Virus record (IMG/VR): IMGVR_UViG_3300046789_000016
Coordinates: 1-49,002 of that record
Length of the DNA: 49,002 nt
Origin: a virus
Taxonomy: Duplodnaviria > Caudoviricetes
Reading direction: 5' to 3' (one strand)
Below, in pieces: positions 25,437 to 34,568 of this stretch. The translations under genes were made by a program, and so were the position numbers. Position 1 is the stretch's first letter; every line of letters starts with the position of its first letter. The notes beneath the pieces were generated by a model. The model was not told where the DNA came from and did not search any database. It saw nothing but the letters and a program-made list of their open reading frames with translations.

Positions 25437-26899
25437 TGGCTGCCCGCGCGATCGATATCGTCCGTACCGGGCCGAGCACCCGGTTCGTCATCGACTACGA
25501 GACCGCGGACGACGCTGCCAACAACCGGACGCTGATCAAGGTCTGGCGAGGCGCGTACAACGGTCCCGCCGGTGACTCCACCAGCCACTACGACGACCGT
25601 GGTCGCCACGTCTGGTGGAGCAACGGGAACCCTGGCAACGCCAGGGATCAGGACCCGTTCCTCCCCGGCGGCTACGCGCAGAACCAGAATCGCTGGAACG
25701 ACTACTACACGTACTACCAGGACCACGACGCGAACGGCAATGCGCAGCTGCAGTTCGGGATGAACGTCGCGTACTACATCGGTGGCGGCCCCGGCCTCAA
25801 CAGCAGCACCGACTACTACTCCGCCGTCTACAACCTGTCGCGCTACCCCCAGGTGCCGGGCACGATGGCTGCACCCACGTTCTCGGGGATCGGGCCGCAC
25901 GCGGTAACGATCACCTGGGTCGCACCGAGCCGCGGCCACGCCGACATCAACAACTACGACCTGCACGTCTGCGAGAGCGCCGTCCACGACCCGGTGACCT
26001 GCACGGCCTGGTACAACTGGACCGGCTCCACCGCGACGAGCAAGGCGTTCACCGACCTGAAGCGCAACACCGTCTACTTCGTCGCGATGCGCGCGCAGAA
26101 CGGCGACGGCGCCGGGGGCTGGAGTCCCTGGGCGAGCTTCACGACCAGCCAGTTCGATATCCCCAGCACGCCGACCGGCTACGGCTTCAGCGACAAGACC
26201 AGCACCAGCGTCTACACGACCCTCCCGACGATCGCCGATAACGGCGGTGGCTCGATCACCGGGATGGAGGTCGAGTACAACACGACCGCGAGCTCGACGG
26301 GCTCGACCATCGTGGGTGCCTCCGCCCTGCGCTCCATCCTCATCAACAACCGTGCCGTCGGCTCCGCGATTTACTACCGGATGCGCGTGCGGAACTCCGT
26401 CACGGGCGGCGGCTGGAGCGCGTGGGGCGGCTGGGTCAACACCACGCTGCTGTCCAACACGCCGAGCCAGGTCGCCACGTTCACCGTTGACGGGATCGAC
26501 GACACGGAGGCCGTGCTGCACTGGACCGCCCCGTCCACGCTCAACGGCGCGACGATCACCGGCTACGCTCTGCGTGTCGCCACCAACGACGCCTTCAGCG
26601 CCGGGCTGCAGACCTTCACCGTCTCCGCCAGCGTGTTCGACAAGACCCTGACGACCCTGGTCGCTGGCACGACCTACTACGCGCAGGTGTGGGCGAACAG
26701 CAGCAACGGCCTGGGCGGCTACAGCGACATCCTGTCGTTTACTACCCTGGCCGTGAGCGCGAACGGCCTGTACTTCGACTTCGGCAGCGGCCCCGTGTTC
26801 TGTGAGGTCTGGTACAACGACGCCGGGACGTTCAAGCTCTGCGAGCCGTGGCAGAACGTCGGGACCGTCAGTGACGTGTGGAAGGTTGGTGTGTCGTGA
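25436..26899 (+). CDS. minor tail protein with three fibronectin type III repeats (487 aa)
   Basis: Three FN3 patterns: ITWVAP...YFVAMRAQN.DGAGGWS; YRMRVRN...WSAW; LHWTAP...YYAQVWANSSNG.GGYS. Confidence 0.8.
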   Translation: MAARAIDIVRTGPSTRFVIDYETADDAANNRTLIKVWRGAYNGPAGDSTSHYDDRGRHVWWSNGNPGNARDQDPFLPGGYAQNQNRWNDYYTYYQDHDANGNAQLQFGMNVAYYIGGGPGLNSSTDYYSAVYNLSRYPQVPGTMAAPTFSGIGPHAVTITWVAPSRGHADINNYDLHVCESAVHDPVTCTAWYNWTGSTATSKAFTDLKRNTVYFVAMRAQNGDGAGGWSPWASFTTSQFDIPSTPTGYGFSDKTSTSVYTTLPTIADNGGGSITGMEVEYNTTASSTGSTIVGASALRSILINNRAVGSAIYYRMRVRNSVTGGGWSAWGGWVNTTLLSNTPSQVATFTVDGIDDTEAVLHWTAPSTLNGATITGYALRVATNDAFSAGLQTFTVSASVFDKTLTTLVAGTTYYAQVWANSSNGLGGYSDILSFTTLAVSANGLYFDFGSGPVFCEVWYNDAGTFKLCEPWQNVGTVSDVWKVGVS

Positions 26900-26901
26900 T
26901 C

Positions 26902-26910
26902 TGGTATAAT
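26902..26910 (+). promoter_or_regulatory. extended -10 promoter (TGG-TATAAT)
   Basis: Perfect TATAAT with TGn in the short intergenic gap before the SD of 26934. Confidence 0.6.
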
Positions 26911-26933
26911 GGATCAGACGAGGGGAGGGTCCT

Positions 26934-28076
26934 GTGAGCGAGTGGAAGCCGGTAGGCATCAACGCAGACGGGGACTTCCCGCCTCGCGTCGAGGCCCGCC
27001 TCCAGGAGAAGTTCGGCGGCCAGCCTGACCTGGTGGGAGTCTGGACGGTGTGTGTGTTCCCCGAGTCGGAGGAGGACGCAGAAAGCCTCCCGACCACAGG
27101 AGGTTCGCTCTTCGCCGTCGGTGGAGGTATCCAGACGATCTTCACCGTGATCGACAACAACGGGCAAGACTTCTCGGACTTCTTCGAGACCGCGGGCGCC
27201 GGTACCACGGTCTCGCTCGTCGGGATCGAAGACCCCACCGTCGAGGGCTTCTCCGAGCTCGTCGATGGTTTCCTCCTCGGCGAGCTCCCCGGCTGGGCGT
27301 CGGGACTGGGGATCGGCTTCCTGACGCCCCCTGAAGGACCGCCGGTAGGCTCCACCGTACAGGTGACCTTCCACATCTCGGCAACCGGCCCCGCACCTTC
27401 TCTTCAGGACGTGCTAGAGGTAGGCAGCAACGCCTTCATCCCACTGATGATTCAGAGCCCGGATACGGGCTCCAGCGTAGCTCTCCAGCAGAGCTTCCTT
27501 CAGATCAGCAACGGGAGTGACCGCTACCTCACTACCTCAGCTGACCAGTTCAGCTTCATGCAGATCGACTTCTCCGATCCAGAGGCGCCTGCCACCCACA
27601 ACGCGACTCTCTGGCCCGCGACACTGAGCGCGGATCAGGTCTGGACTCTCCCCGACGCGAGCGGCACCCTCATGCTAGAGGGCTCCATCCCGGCCGCTCC
27701 ACCGATCACGCAGACGACTCTCGTCACGGCGTCTCTCGCTCCTGGCGCGCGTGAAGAGGTCAACCTCGAAGCACTCGGTTCGAACTACAAGATCTACGCG
27801 GTGTACTCCGAGACCCCTGCTCGCATCCGGTTCTACCCGAACGACCTCCACCGGAACGCGGACGCGACCCGACCCGTCGGGACCGATCCCGCCGCTGGCA
27901 CCGATCACGGCGTGATGCTCGACGTGGCGCTCTCTGCTGGGGTGTACCTCAACATGTCCCCCATCGTCGAGGTCCACACCACCTCGGGCGACGACTGGGC
28001 CATCATCCAGGTGGACAACCGCGACACGGTGGCACGGGTCGTCACCATCTACATCGACTACAGGAGACTCGTATGA
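26934..28076 (+). CDS. minor tail / fibre protein (380 aa)
   Basis: In the tail cluster; LQDVL..G and WTLPDASGTL fibre-type motifs; N-terminus shared with 29384-30220. Confidence 0.65.
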   Translation: MSEWKPVGINADGDFPPRVEARLQEKFGGQPDLVGVWTVCVFPESEEDAESLPTTGGSLFAVGGGIQTIFTVIDNNGQDFSDFFETAGAGTTVSLVGIEDPTVEGFSELVDGFLLGELPGWASGLGIGFLTPPEGPPVGSTVQVTFHISATGPAPSLQDVLEVGSNAFIPLMIQSPDTGSSVALQQSFLQISNGSDRYLTTSADQFSFMQIDFSDPEAPATHNATLWPATLSADQVWTLPDASGTLMLEGSIPAAPPITQTTLVTASLAPGAREEVNLEALGSNYKIYAVYSETPARIRFYPNDLHRNADATRPVGTDPAAGTDHGVMLDVALSAGVYLNMSPIVEVHTTSGDDWAIIQVDNRDTVARVVTIYIDYRRLV

Positions 28077-29146
28077 CCTACATCACTGGCACCCTCACCG
28101 ACTCCAACGCCCCGGCGACGCTGTACGGCTCTATCGCGACCGCGCTCACCACTGCGGGGTACACGCTCGAAGACACCGTCGTCATCACCACGACGACGTG
28201 GAAGGTCTGGAAGAGCCCTGCCGCGAGCAACTCCGCGAACCTCGACTGGTACCTGTTCGTCGGTTACACGACGACCGGCGCAGGAACAGTGAGGTTCTAC
28301 TGTTCCGAGGGATACACCGCAGCAACCGACCTCGTAATTCGAGGTGTCAAGGGACTCAACTCCGTGTCAACGAGCAACGGCAGCAACGCCTACTACGCTC
28401 GCTACGACAACGCCGGGCTGTCGTGGGACGTGGCGACAGGAAGCCCTTACGGCTCGACGGGCATGGCGATCAACGCCGTAAACCTCGGGTGGGACACGAC
28501 TACGTTCTGCGACCGACAGATCCTCGCGCCAGCCACTTCGTTCGGCTACTGGATCTCCATCACAACCAATCGGGTGATCGCCCTCGGTAGTGGTGCCCCG
28601 ACCGAGGCTGTCTACACGGGGCTCTACGCCCCGTCGCAGGAGTACATCGATGTCGCGGCGGCCAACACCGCCATCACCCCTGCGACTCCGATCATCTTCC
28701 CGCTGGTCAGCGCGATCCTGACGTTCACCTCCCAGGGTGGCCAGCACCAGCAGGGGACGCGATCGTTCGCGATGATCTCGAGACTCGGCGGTATCCCCTC
28801 CGCACCCACGATGCCCGCCGGTACTAGTACCTCCAACTTCGCATACTGGACCGACACCGTTCAGGTCGTCCAGACGGGCTATCCATTCGCCCGTCTCCCC
28901 GACGGGCTTGGGAACGGACTAACAACGATCCCCGGCTGGAGCACCCGAGCTGCCGTGCGAAAGACGCAGCTCTGGTTCATTCCGGCCAGCACGGCGGGGT
29001 CTCTCCCCCTGGGCACCCTGTACGGGGCTTACCACGTCGGTGCGACCGTAACCGTCACCCGCGGAGACACGACGACCATCGGCGGAGTCGCGGCCGTCCT
29101 CTCATCTCCGGCGGGCGGATACTCCATCTTGTTCGAGGCGGTCTAG
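28073..29146 (+). CDS. minor tail / putative receptor-binding protein (357 aa)
   Basis: ATGA-coupled start; Thr/Gly/Ser-rich beta composition; in the tail cluster. Confidence 0.6.
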   Translation: MTYITGTLTDSNAPATLYGSIATALTTAGYTLEDTVVITTTTWKVWKSPAASNSANLDWYLFVGYTTTGAGTVRFYCSEGYTAATDLVIRGVKGLNSVSTSNGSNAYYARYDNAGLSWDVATGSPYGSTGMAINAVNLGWDTTTFCDRQILAPATSFGYWISITTNRVIALGSGAPTEAVYTGLYAPSQEYIDVAAANTAITPATPIIFPLVSAILTFTSQGGQHQQGTRSFAMISRLGGIPSAPTMPAGTSTSNFAYWTDTVQVVQTGYPFARLPDGLGNGLTTIPGWSTRAAVRKTQLWFIPASTAGSLPLGTLYGAYHVGATVTVTRGDTTTIGGVAAVLSSPAGGYSILFEAV

Positions 29147-29147
29147 C

Positions 29148-29387
29148 GTGACCGCATATGGTGCGCTGGCGCTCGCGCCTGATCTCGTGTTTCCCGTGAT
29201 AGGCATTACTGGGTACGCCGTGCGGATGACTCCGACTCTTACCATGCGTTCGGTCAGTGTCTCGTCGGAGCCACCCTCTCCCCCTCACACCGCCGTTGCA
29301 GGGTACTACCTCGCTGGCACGATCGCGCGGTACACGCCCCCGATCATCGGCCAGCTCTGGCCCCGAGGAGACATGGACGCACTATGA
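29148..29387 (+). CDS. small virion-associated protein (79 aa)
   Basis: Fills the gap between tail genes with coupled start and stop; C-terminal GQLWPRG. Confidence 0.6.
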   Translation: MTAYGALALAPDLVFPVIGITGYAVRMTPTLTMRSVSVSSEPPSPPHTAVAGYYLAGTIARYTPPIIGQLWPRGDMDAL

Positions 29388-30220
29388 GTCTCTACAAGAT
29401 CGTCGGAGCCGGTGCAGACGGGCTCTTCCCGCCTCGCGTCATGGCGGCCCTTGACGCGCGCTACGAGGGTGGCGGCGGTGGCGAGCCCGGTCTCGGGCTG
29501 CTGAACCCGACCGAAGAGACGCTGCAGATGTACGGCGCGTCCACGGGCGTTCTCGTCCACTCGTCGGACGTGCCCCTGGAGCCCGGAGACACCCCGACCG
29601 ACAGTCTCTTCCAGACGGGGAGCTACTCGGCTGCAGGTGTCACGATCGGTCAGGCGAGCAGCGGAGTGCTCACCGCCTACACGGTCCTCCAGAAGAACCA
29701 GCTCGTCTTCCAGAACTTCGACATGGCCTACCAGGTCTACATGCTGCACAACCGGCTCGAGTACCGCGACACGAACTACAAGAGCTCCCTCAGCGCGTCC
29801 GGCCTGGCGTTCGGGTACGTCGCAGAGGGCAGCCCCCTCGGCGCGCAGTTCGGGACCGGCGGCATGAGCGCCTACGCCGACACCTACGTCCTCAACGTCG
29901 ACGGCGCAGCGATCAACCAGACCGACACCGCGACCGGCGCAGCGATCACGCTGCAGCCGAACTACGGCATCCTGTTCTGGCACGACGCAGAGGGGTACAC
30001 GATCGCGCCCCACAGTCAGGCGGCTGACCTCGACCCTGGCACACACAACTTCCTCCTACCCGCCGTGGGAGGAACGCTCGCGACGGTCGAGAAGAGCGTG
30101 CAGAAGCCGACCACGCCCGTCGCGAACGCCAACACGAGTGGTGCGACCCTCGCGCAGCTCGAGACCGAAGTCAACGAACTCAAGGCCCTCCTGCGTACCG
30201 CAGGGCTCATCGCACCATAA
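29384..30220 (+). CDS. fibre protein with head-fibre-like C-terminal helix (278 aa)
   Basis: C-terminal LAQLETEVNELKALLRTAGLI motif typical of fibre trimerisation ends; N-terminus shared with 26934. Confidence 0.65.
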   Translation: MSLYKIVGAGADGLFPPRVMAALDARYEGGGGGEPGLGLLNPTEETLQMYGASTGVLVHSSDVPLEPGDTPTDSLFQTGSYSAAGVTIGQASSGVLTAYTVLQKNQLVFQNFDMAYQVYMLHNRLEYRDTNYKSSLSASGLAFGYVAEGSPLGAQFGTGGMSAYADTYVLNVDGAAINQTDTATGAAITLQPNYGILFWHDAEGYTIAPHSQAADLDPGTHNFLLPAVGGTLATVEKSVQKPTTPVANANTSGATLAQLETEVNELKALLRTAGLIAP

Positions 30221-30230
30221 GGAGACACTC

Positions 30231-31040
30231 ATGGCAGACCTGAAGAACCACCCCGGCCTGTGGCTGCGGGACGACGCGGCCCAGGCGATCAACGACCTCG
30301 AAGACAAGTACGGGGTCATCAAGATCAACTCGGCCGGTCGCACCGAAGGCACCCAGCAGGGACTGATCAACCGCTGGCACCAGGGCGGCGCGGCCAACCG
30401 GCCCCCGTACCTGTACCGCCCGGCGGAGCCCGCCAACACCAGTCCCCACGTCATCGACGGCGGCATCGCGGTGGACGTGTACAACTACGAGAGCGACCGC
30501 GCCAAGCTGAACGAGTTCGGCTTCGCCTGGTTCGGCGCTGGCGATCCGGTCCACTACAACTTCCGTGGCCGGCCGAACACGGGTGGCGGCGCCGCTCGTC
30601 CCGGCTACCAGGACAACAGCGCCGAGCTCCGTCGCTTCCAGGGCAAGCTGATCCAGATGGGCCACGACCTCGGCCCGACCGGCGCTGACGCGATCTACGG
30701 CCCGCGCACCAAGAAGGCCACGCTGTGGGAGCAGGGCATGGCCGAGAAGAACGGCTACCCCGGCGGCAACGTGACCGACGACGGCTGGCCCGGCGCACAG
30801 ACCGAGGCGTACCTCGACTGGTGGCTCGTCGGTCGGCACCAGCGTCCGTCCAGCAAGAGCGCGAGCGAGATCAACTACGCTGACATCCAGTCGGCGCTCA
30901 AGCGTCACGGCTACAACATCGACGTGGACGGCGTCTGGGGCCCCAAGAGCAGCAACGCTCTCGCGGACTTCCAGAGCAAGAACGGCCTCAAGGTCGACCG
31001 CATGGTCGGCCCGCTCACTTGGGACAAGCTGAACCGCTGA
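30231..31040 (+). CDS. endolysin: M15-type Zn peptidase plus peptidoglycan-binding domains (269 aa)
   Basis: SD AAGGAG; INSAGRT..Q, SPH..G.AVD and DPVH (LAS-fold motifs); PG_binding_1-like DGVWGPKS..AL..FQ...GL.VD..VGPLTW. Confidence 0.85.
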   Translation: MADLKNHPGLWLRDDAAQAINDLEDKYGVIKINSAGRTEGTQQGLINRWHQGGAANRPPYLYRPAEPANTSPHVIDGGIAVDVYNYESDRAKLNEFGFAWFGAGDPVHYNFRGRPNTGGGAARPGYQDNSAELRRFQGKLIQMGHDLGPTGADAIYGPRTKKATLWEQGMAEKNGYPGGNVTDDGWPGAQTEAYLDWWLVGRHQRPSSKSASEINYADIQSALKRHGYNIDVDGVWGPKSSNALADFQSKNGLKVDRMVGPLTWDKLNR

Positions 31041-31360
31041 TGGAGTGGCTGACTGTCATCTTCGCGAACGCCGCGGTCAGGGACATCGCTTACGCGACGA
31101 TCCTGACTGCGGTGATCGTGATGATCATCGTCGGCTGGCTGATCCCCAAGCGTACCCACGAGAAGATGCTGGCTGCGGCCAACCAACGTGGGGACGAGTG
31201 GAAGGAGGCGGCGGGGACCTGGGAGACTGTCGCCAAGGAACAGAGTTCCCAGATCAACCAGTTCGCAGAGAGCTCAAAGACACCAGCCGAGTTCTTCGGA
31301 CGCATCATGGAAGACGGAGGTGTCCGCCGTGCCCCAGCGGAAGACGCGCCCCACTCCTGA
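31040..31360 (+). CDS. membrane protein of the lysis cassette (holin-associated, 106 aa)
   Basis: ATG overlaps the endolysin stop; N-terminal TM helix then coiled coil. Confidence 0.7.
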   Translation: MEWLTVIFANAAVRDIAYATILTAVIVMIIVGWLIPKRTHEKMLAAANQRGDEWKEAAGTWETVAKEQSSQINQFAESSKTPAEFFGRIMEDGGVRRAPAEDAPHS

Positions 31361-31544
31361 GCAGCTCGCAGTTCGGAACGACGTCCACGAAGCACGAGAG
31401 GCTCAGTCAGCAGCCACAGGCGAGCTGGAGGCGCTGAGGGCGGCCAAGCCGTTCCTCGCCAAGCTCACCGCACCGATCATTGATCGCCAAGGGAAAAATC
31501 ACTACATCGAGACCTTGTACCAACATTACCCCCGGAGTGCCTAG
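31320..31544 (+). CDS. small hypothetical protein in the lysis cassette (74 aa)
   Basis: GTG near GGAGG; coupled to the next gene; C-terminal NHY motif; start uncertain. Confidence 0.6.
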   Translation: MSAVPQRKTRPTPEQLAVRNDVHEAREAQSAATGELEALRAAKPFLAKLTAPIIDRQGKNHYIETLYQHYPRSA

Positions 31545-31903
31545 TGAGTCTGTCTGCCGTCTTCATCTTCACCGCGTTGATCGCTCTCGCGATCCCGCAG
31601 ATCCTGTTCATCGTTCGCTACGGGTTCTTCAGCCCGTGGCGAGCGACGTGGCAGGGAATCACCCTGCTCGCCCAAACGATCACGCTCACCGCGATCGTCA
31701 TCTTCTTCATCTTCGACACTCTCGTCGTTGGAGACTGGTACGGGCGTGACGCGCTGTTGATTGCCTACCTCATCCTGCTCGCGCTCGAAGCGTGGGCAGC
31801 GCTCTGGGGACTGGTCCACGTACAACTCAAGAACCCGCCCGTGTCAGAGCGACAGGGGCAGGGATACGTCCCCAAGGAGGACATCGAACATGATCACGTT
31901 TGA
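31544..31903 (+). CDS. membrane protein, ~3 TM (holin-like, 119 aa)
   Basis: Three hydrophobic segments; downstream of the endolysin. Confidence 0.7.
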   Translation: MSLSAVFIFTALIALAIPQILFIVRYGFFSPWRATWQGITLLAQTITLTAIVIFFIFDTLVVGDWYGRDALLIAYLILLALEAWAALWGLVHVQLKNPPVSERQGQGYVPKEDIEHDHV

Positions 31904-32249
31904 CCCCAACTGGACGCAGCTGCTGACGCTCGTCGTGGCGATCCTGCTGCCGCTCCTCGTCGGTCTCGTCACCAAGCTCGAGACCTCGTCCGCCCGTCGC
32001 ACGGTGTGGCTCGCCGCCCTCTCGGCGGTGTTCGGACTGCTGAGCGAGCTGCTCACGGCGCTGCAGGCGAACGAAGCATTCGACCTCGACTCCGCCCTGC
32101 TGAACTGGCTCGGCATCTTCGTGATCAGCGTCGCCTCCTACTTCGGAGCGTGGAAGCCCCTCGGTACAGCCCAGGCAGCGCAGGCCATCGGGAGTCCGCC
32201 TCCCCCTGCGCCCGAGGAGACCCGGTCCAGCTATCGAGACCGGCTCTGA
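31890..32249 (+). CDS. holin-like membrane protein (119 aa)
   Basis: SD AAGGAGG before ATG 31890; LLPLLVGLVTK...YFGAWKP pattern with 3-4 TM segments. Confidence 0.7.
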   Translation: MITFDPNWTQLLTLVVAILLPLLVGLVTKLETSSARRTVWLAALSAVFGLLSELLTALQANEAFDLDSALLNWLGIFVISVASYFGAWKPLGTAQAAQAIGSPPPPAPEETRSSYRDRL

Positions 32250-32252
32250 CTC

Positions 32253-32260
32253 GGTATAAT
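32253..32260 (+). promoter_or_regulatory. -10 promoter element (GGTATAAT)
   Basis: Perfect TATAAT in a 28-nt intergenic gap, just before SD AGGAGG. Confidence 0.6.
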
Positions 32261-32277
32261 CGACGTAGGAGGGTGTA

Positions 32278-33513
32278 ATGGCAGGTTGGGACTGGAAGTG
32301 GCCGTGGGAGAGTGACGCCCCGGCGAAGCCTCCGAAGCCGAAGCCGGAGCTCACAGCTCGAGCACCCACTCCGACGGTGAAGCCGCCTGCCACTCTCCGC
32401 CCGACGCAGACCCTCAGCCGTCCCCTCGCTCAGAGAGACCCGGTTCTCTATCGCGACCTCAACGCGCCGATGAGCGAGCAGGCCAAGATCATGGGCCTCG
32501 CGATGCCGACCCCTCGCGAGGAGGAGGAGCCGGACAACCGGACGTGGCTGGAGCGGAACACCGGCATCACGCCGCAGAATCCGGACTGGCACGGGATGCC
32601 GAGCACTGGTGTGAACAACACCTTCGGCTACGAGGGCAACCCCGACTGGCACGGCTACGGCGGTCAGTCGGTGAACCAGGTCAAGGAAGAGACCAAGAGC
32701 AACGAGCGTCAGGCCAACAGCGCCGCCTGGTCGAAGGGCCTGGGCAGCGGCAAGGTCACGACGGAGGCGATGAGTTGGGACGACTACAACGCGCTGAATC
32801 CGCAGCAGCGAGCGGCCATCGACGTCAACACCGCGATCGCCTCTGCCGTCGCCGCGGATCGCGCAAGCTGGGCGGCAAACCCCGGTCGCCCCGATGACGC
32901 TGCAGAGTACGACGCGGACGTTGCGGGTCTCTTCGGCAAGGGTGGCGGCAGCAACTTCTACGCGCCCCAGACGGTGGCCGTGCTCAAGCAGCTCGGCCTC
33001 GACAAGAACATCGCCGACGACCTGGACAACTACGTCTCCCTGCGTTCCCTCGTCACCCCGGAGGACATCGCCTCGTTGTCGCCGGACGCCATCGCGGGGA
33101 TCACGCCGGACAACGTGCGCGGACAGAACGCTCTGACGCTCTCCACCAAGGGACAGTCGGCCCTGGCCGCTGCGCTCGCGACGGGCGCGACCCTGCTGCA
33201 GGCAGCCAACGGACAGAGCACCTTCGACTCGGTGGACCCCGCCGTGGAGCGGCTCGACCTCCTGTTCGACTCCCTCGCGCAGAGGGACGCCGTCAACAAC
33301 ATCACGGACGACGAGCTCGCGACCACGTTCCAGAGCCTGAGCGACCAGTTCGGCTTCGACAACAAGACCTACGCCGACTATTTTGAACAGCGGCTCAAGA
33401 AATTTGAGTACGGCTCAGCGGCCGGCCAACAGGGCGTCCTGGGTTCGGACCCCGGTATCGACTACGTTTCGCCCGCAGAGTTCCGCGCTCGCTACTACCC
33501 GAACGGAGGCTAG
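32278..33513 (+). CDS. hypothetical virion (possibly internal/ejection) protein (411 aa)
   Basis: Strong SD; Pro-rich disordered N-terminus and helical C-terminus; in the virion arm. Confidence 0.65.
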   Translation: MAGWDWKWPWESDAPAKPPKPKPELTARAPTPTVKPPATLRPTQTLSRPLAQRDPVLYRDLNAPMSEQAKIMGLAMPTPREEEEPDNRTWLERNTGITPQNPDWHGMPSTGVNNTFGYEGNPDWHGYGGQSVNQVKEETKSNERQANSAAWSKGLGSGKVTTEAMSWDDYNALNPQQRAAIDVNTAIASAVAADRASWAANPGRPDDAAEYDADVAGLFGKGGGSNFYAPQTVAVLKQLGLDKNIADDLDNYVSLRSLVTPEDIASLSPDAIAGITPDNVRGQNALTLSTKGQSALAAALATGATLLQAANGQSTFDSVDPAVERLDLLFDSLAQRDAVNNITDDELATTFQSLSDQFGFDNKTYADYFEQRLKKFEYGSAAGQQGVLGSDPGIDYVSPAEFRARYYPNGG

Positions 33514-33514
33514 C

Positions 33515-34567
33515 GTGCCCACCGCAGACACTCTCGAACGACAGGCCAAGGCTGCCTACGACAAGGCTCACCCGCCGGGCTGGGGCGTCCTGGCCCCCGG
33601 CGTCACGTACACGCCACCGCCCGTGTTCGGCTCTGCGGAGTGGATGGCACAGACCTTCGGTAACAGCACCACGAAGGTCAACACGACCCCCGACACTCCG
33701 GGACAGACGTGGGACCCGAACAAGGCCGCCCGTGACGCCGCCAACGCCGCAGCTGCAGCACAGGCCGCTGCCAACGCTGCGGGCAAGGCGAGCTCCCGGC
33801 GGGAGAACGAGAACACTCGCTCCCTGGTGGAGCAGCAGCACGCTCTGCTCGACGCCTTCGGGAAGAGCCGGGACGTCAAGCTCGGCAACATCCAGAAGGC
33901 GATGGACGCGGCGCAGGCGCTCCTGCTCAAGAACTACGGCATCACTCTCGGCAGTCTCGAGGGCAACGCTCTCGGGAACGAGAAGGCAGAGGCCGACGCC
34001 AGCTTCAGCAACGTCAGCAACGCCGTCCGCGAGCGTGCCAGCCTGCTGGACCAGGCAGCGAGCATGGGCGCCGGAGAGACGGACCTCGTCCGCACCCAGC
34101 TCCAGGCCCTGCGCAACTACTCGGCGAACCAGGGCGAGGTCAACCGCTCGTTCTTCGACACGCTGCAGTCGATCAACAACTCGATCAACAGCCTCAACAG
34201 TGACACGTCCACGAGCCGTACCAACATCTTCAACCAGGCAGAGAGCGACAGGGAGTCCGCCCAGGCGAACTACAACAACCAGCTCTCCGACACCTGGACG
34301 CAGATCGGCAACATCGAGAACGCGAACACGAACACCAACAGCGACAGCAGCGAGGCGTACAACAAGCTCTACGCCGACGCCGGAGCGCAGGCTGCCGCGG
34401 CCGTCGGCAACGCGTACCAGCGACAGACGGCGCCGGACTCACTCCTGGAGTGGGACGGCAAGGGAACGAAGAAGGACGCCGCCCTCACGAGCAGCAACCA
34501 GGCGGCATCCATCAACCTCGGTGGCCCGCAGAAGAAGCCCGAGGGCGCAACACTGAGGACGTGGTAA
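33515..34567 (+). CDS. Ala/Asn/Gln-rich helical virion protein, possible ejection protein (350 aa)
   Basis: GTG after GGAGG; long coiled-coil composition typical of podoviral internal proteins. Confidence 0.65.
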   Translation: MPTADTLERQAKAAYDKAHPPGWGVLAPGVTYTPPPVFGSAEWMAQTFGNSTTKVNTTPDTPGQTWDPNKAARDAANAAAAAQAAANAAGKASSRRENENTRSLVEQQHALLDAFGKSRDVKLGNIQKAMDAAQALLLKNYGITLGSLEGNALGNEKAEADASFSNVSNAVRERASLLDQAASMGAGETDLVRTQLQALRNYSANQGEVNRSFFDTLQSINNSINSLNSDTSTSRTNIFNQAESDRESAQANYNNQLSDTWTQIGNIENANTNTNSDSSEAYNKLYADAGAQAAAAVGNAYQRQTAPDSLLEWDGKGTKKDAALTSSNQAASINLGGPQKKPEGATLRTW

Positions 34568-34568
34568 C

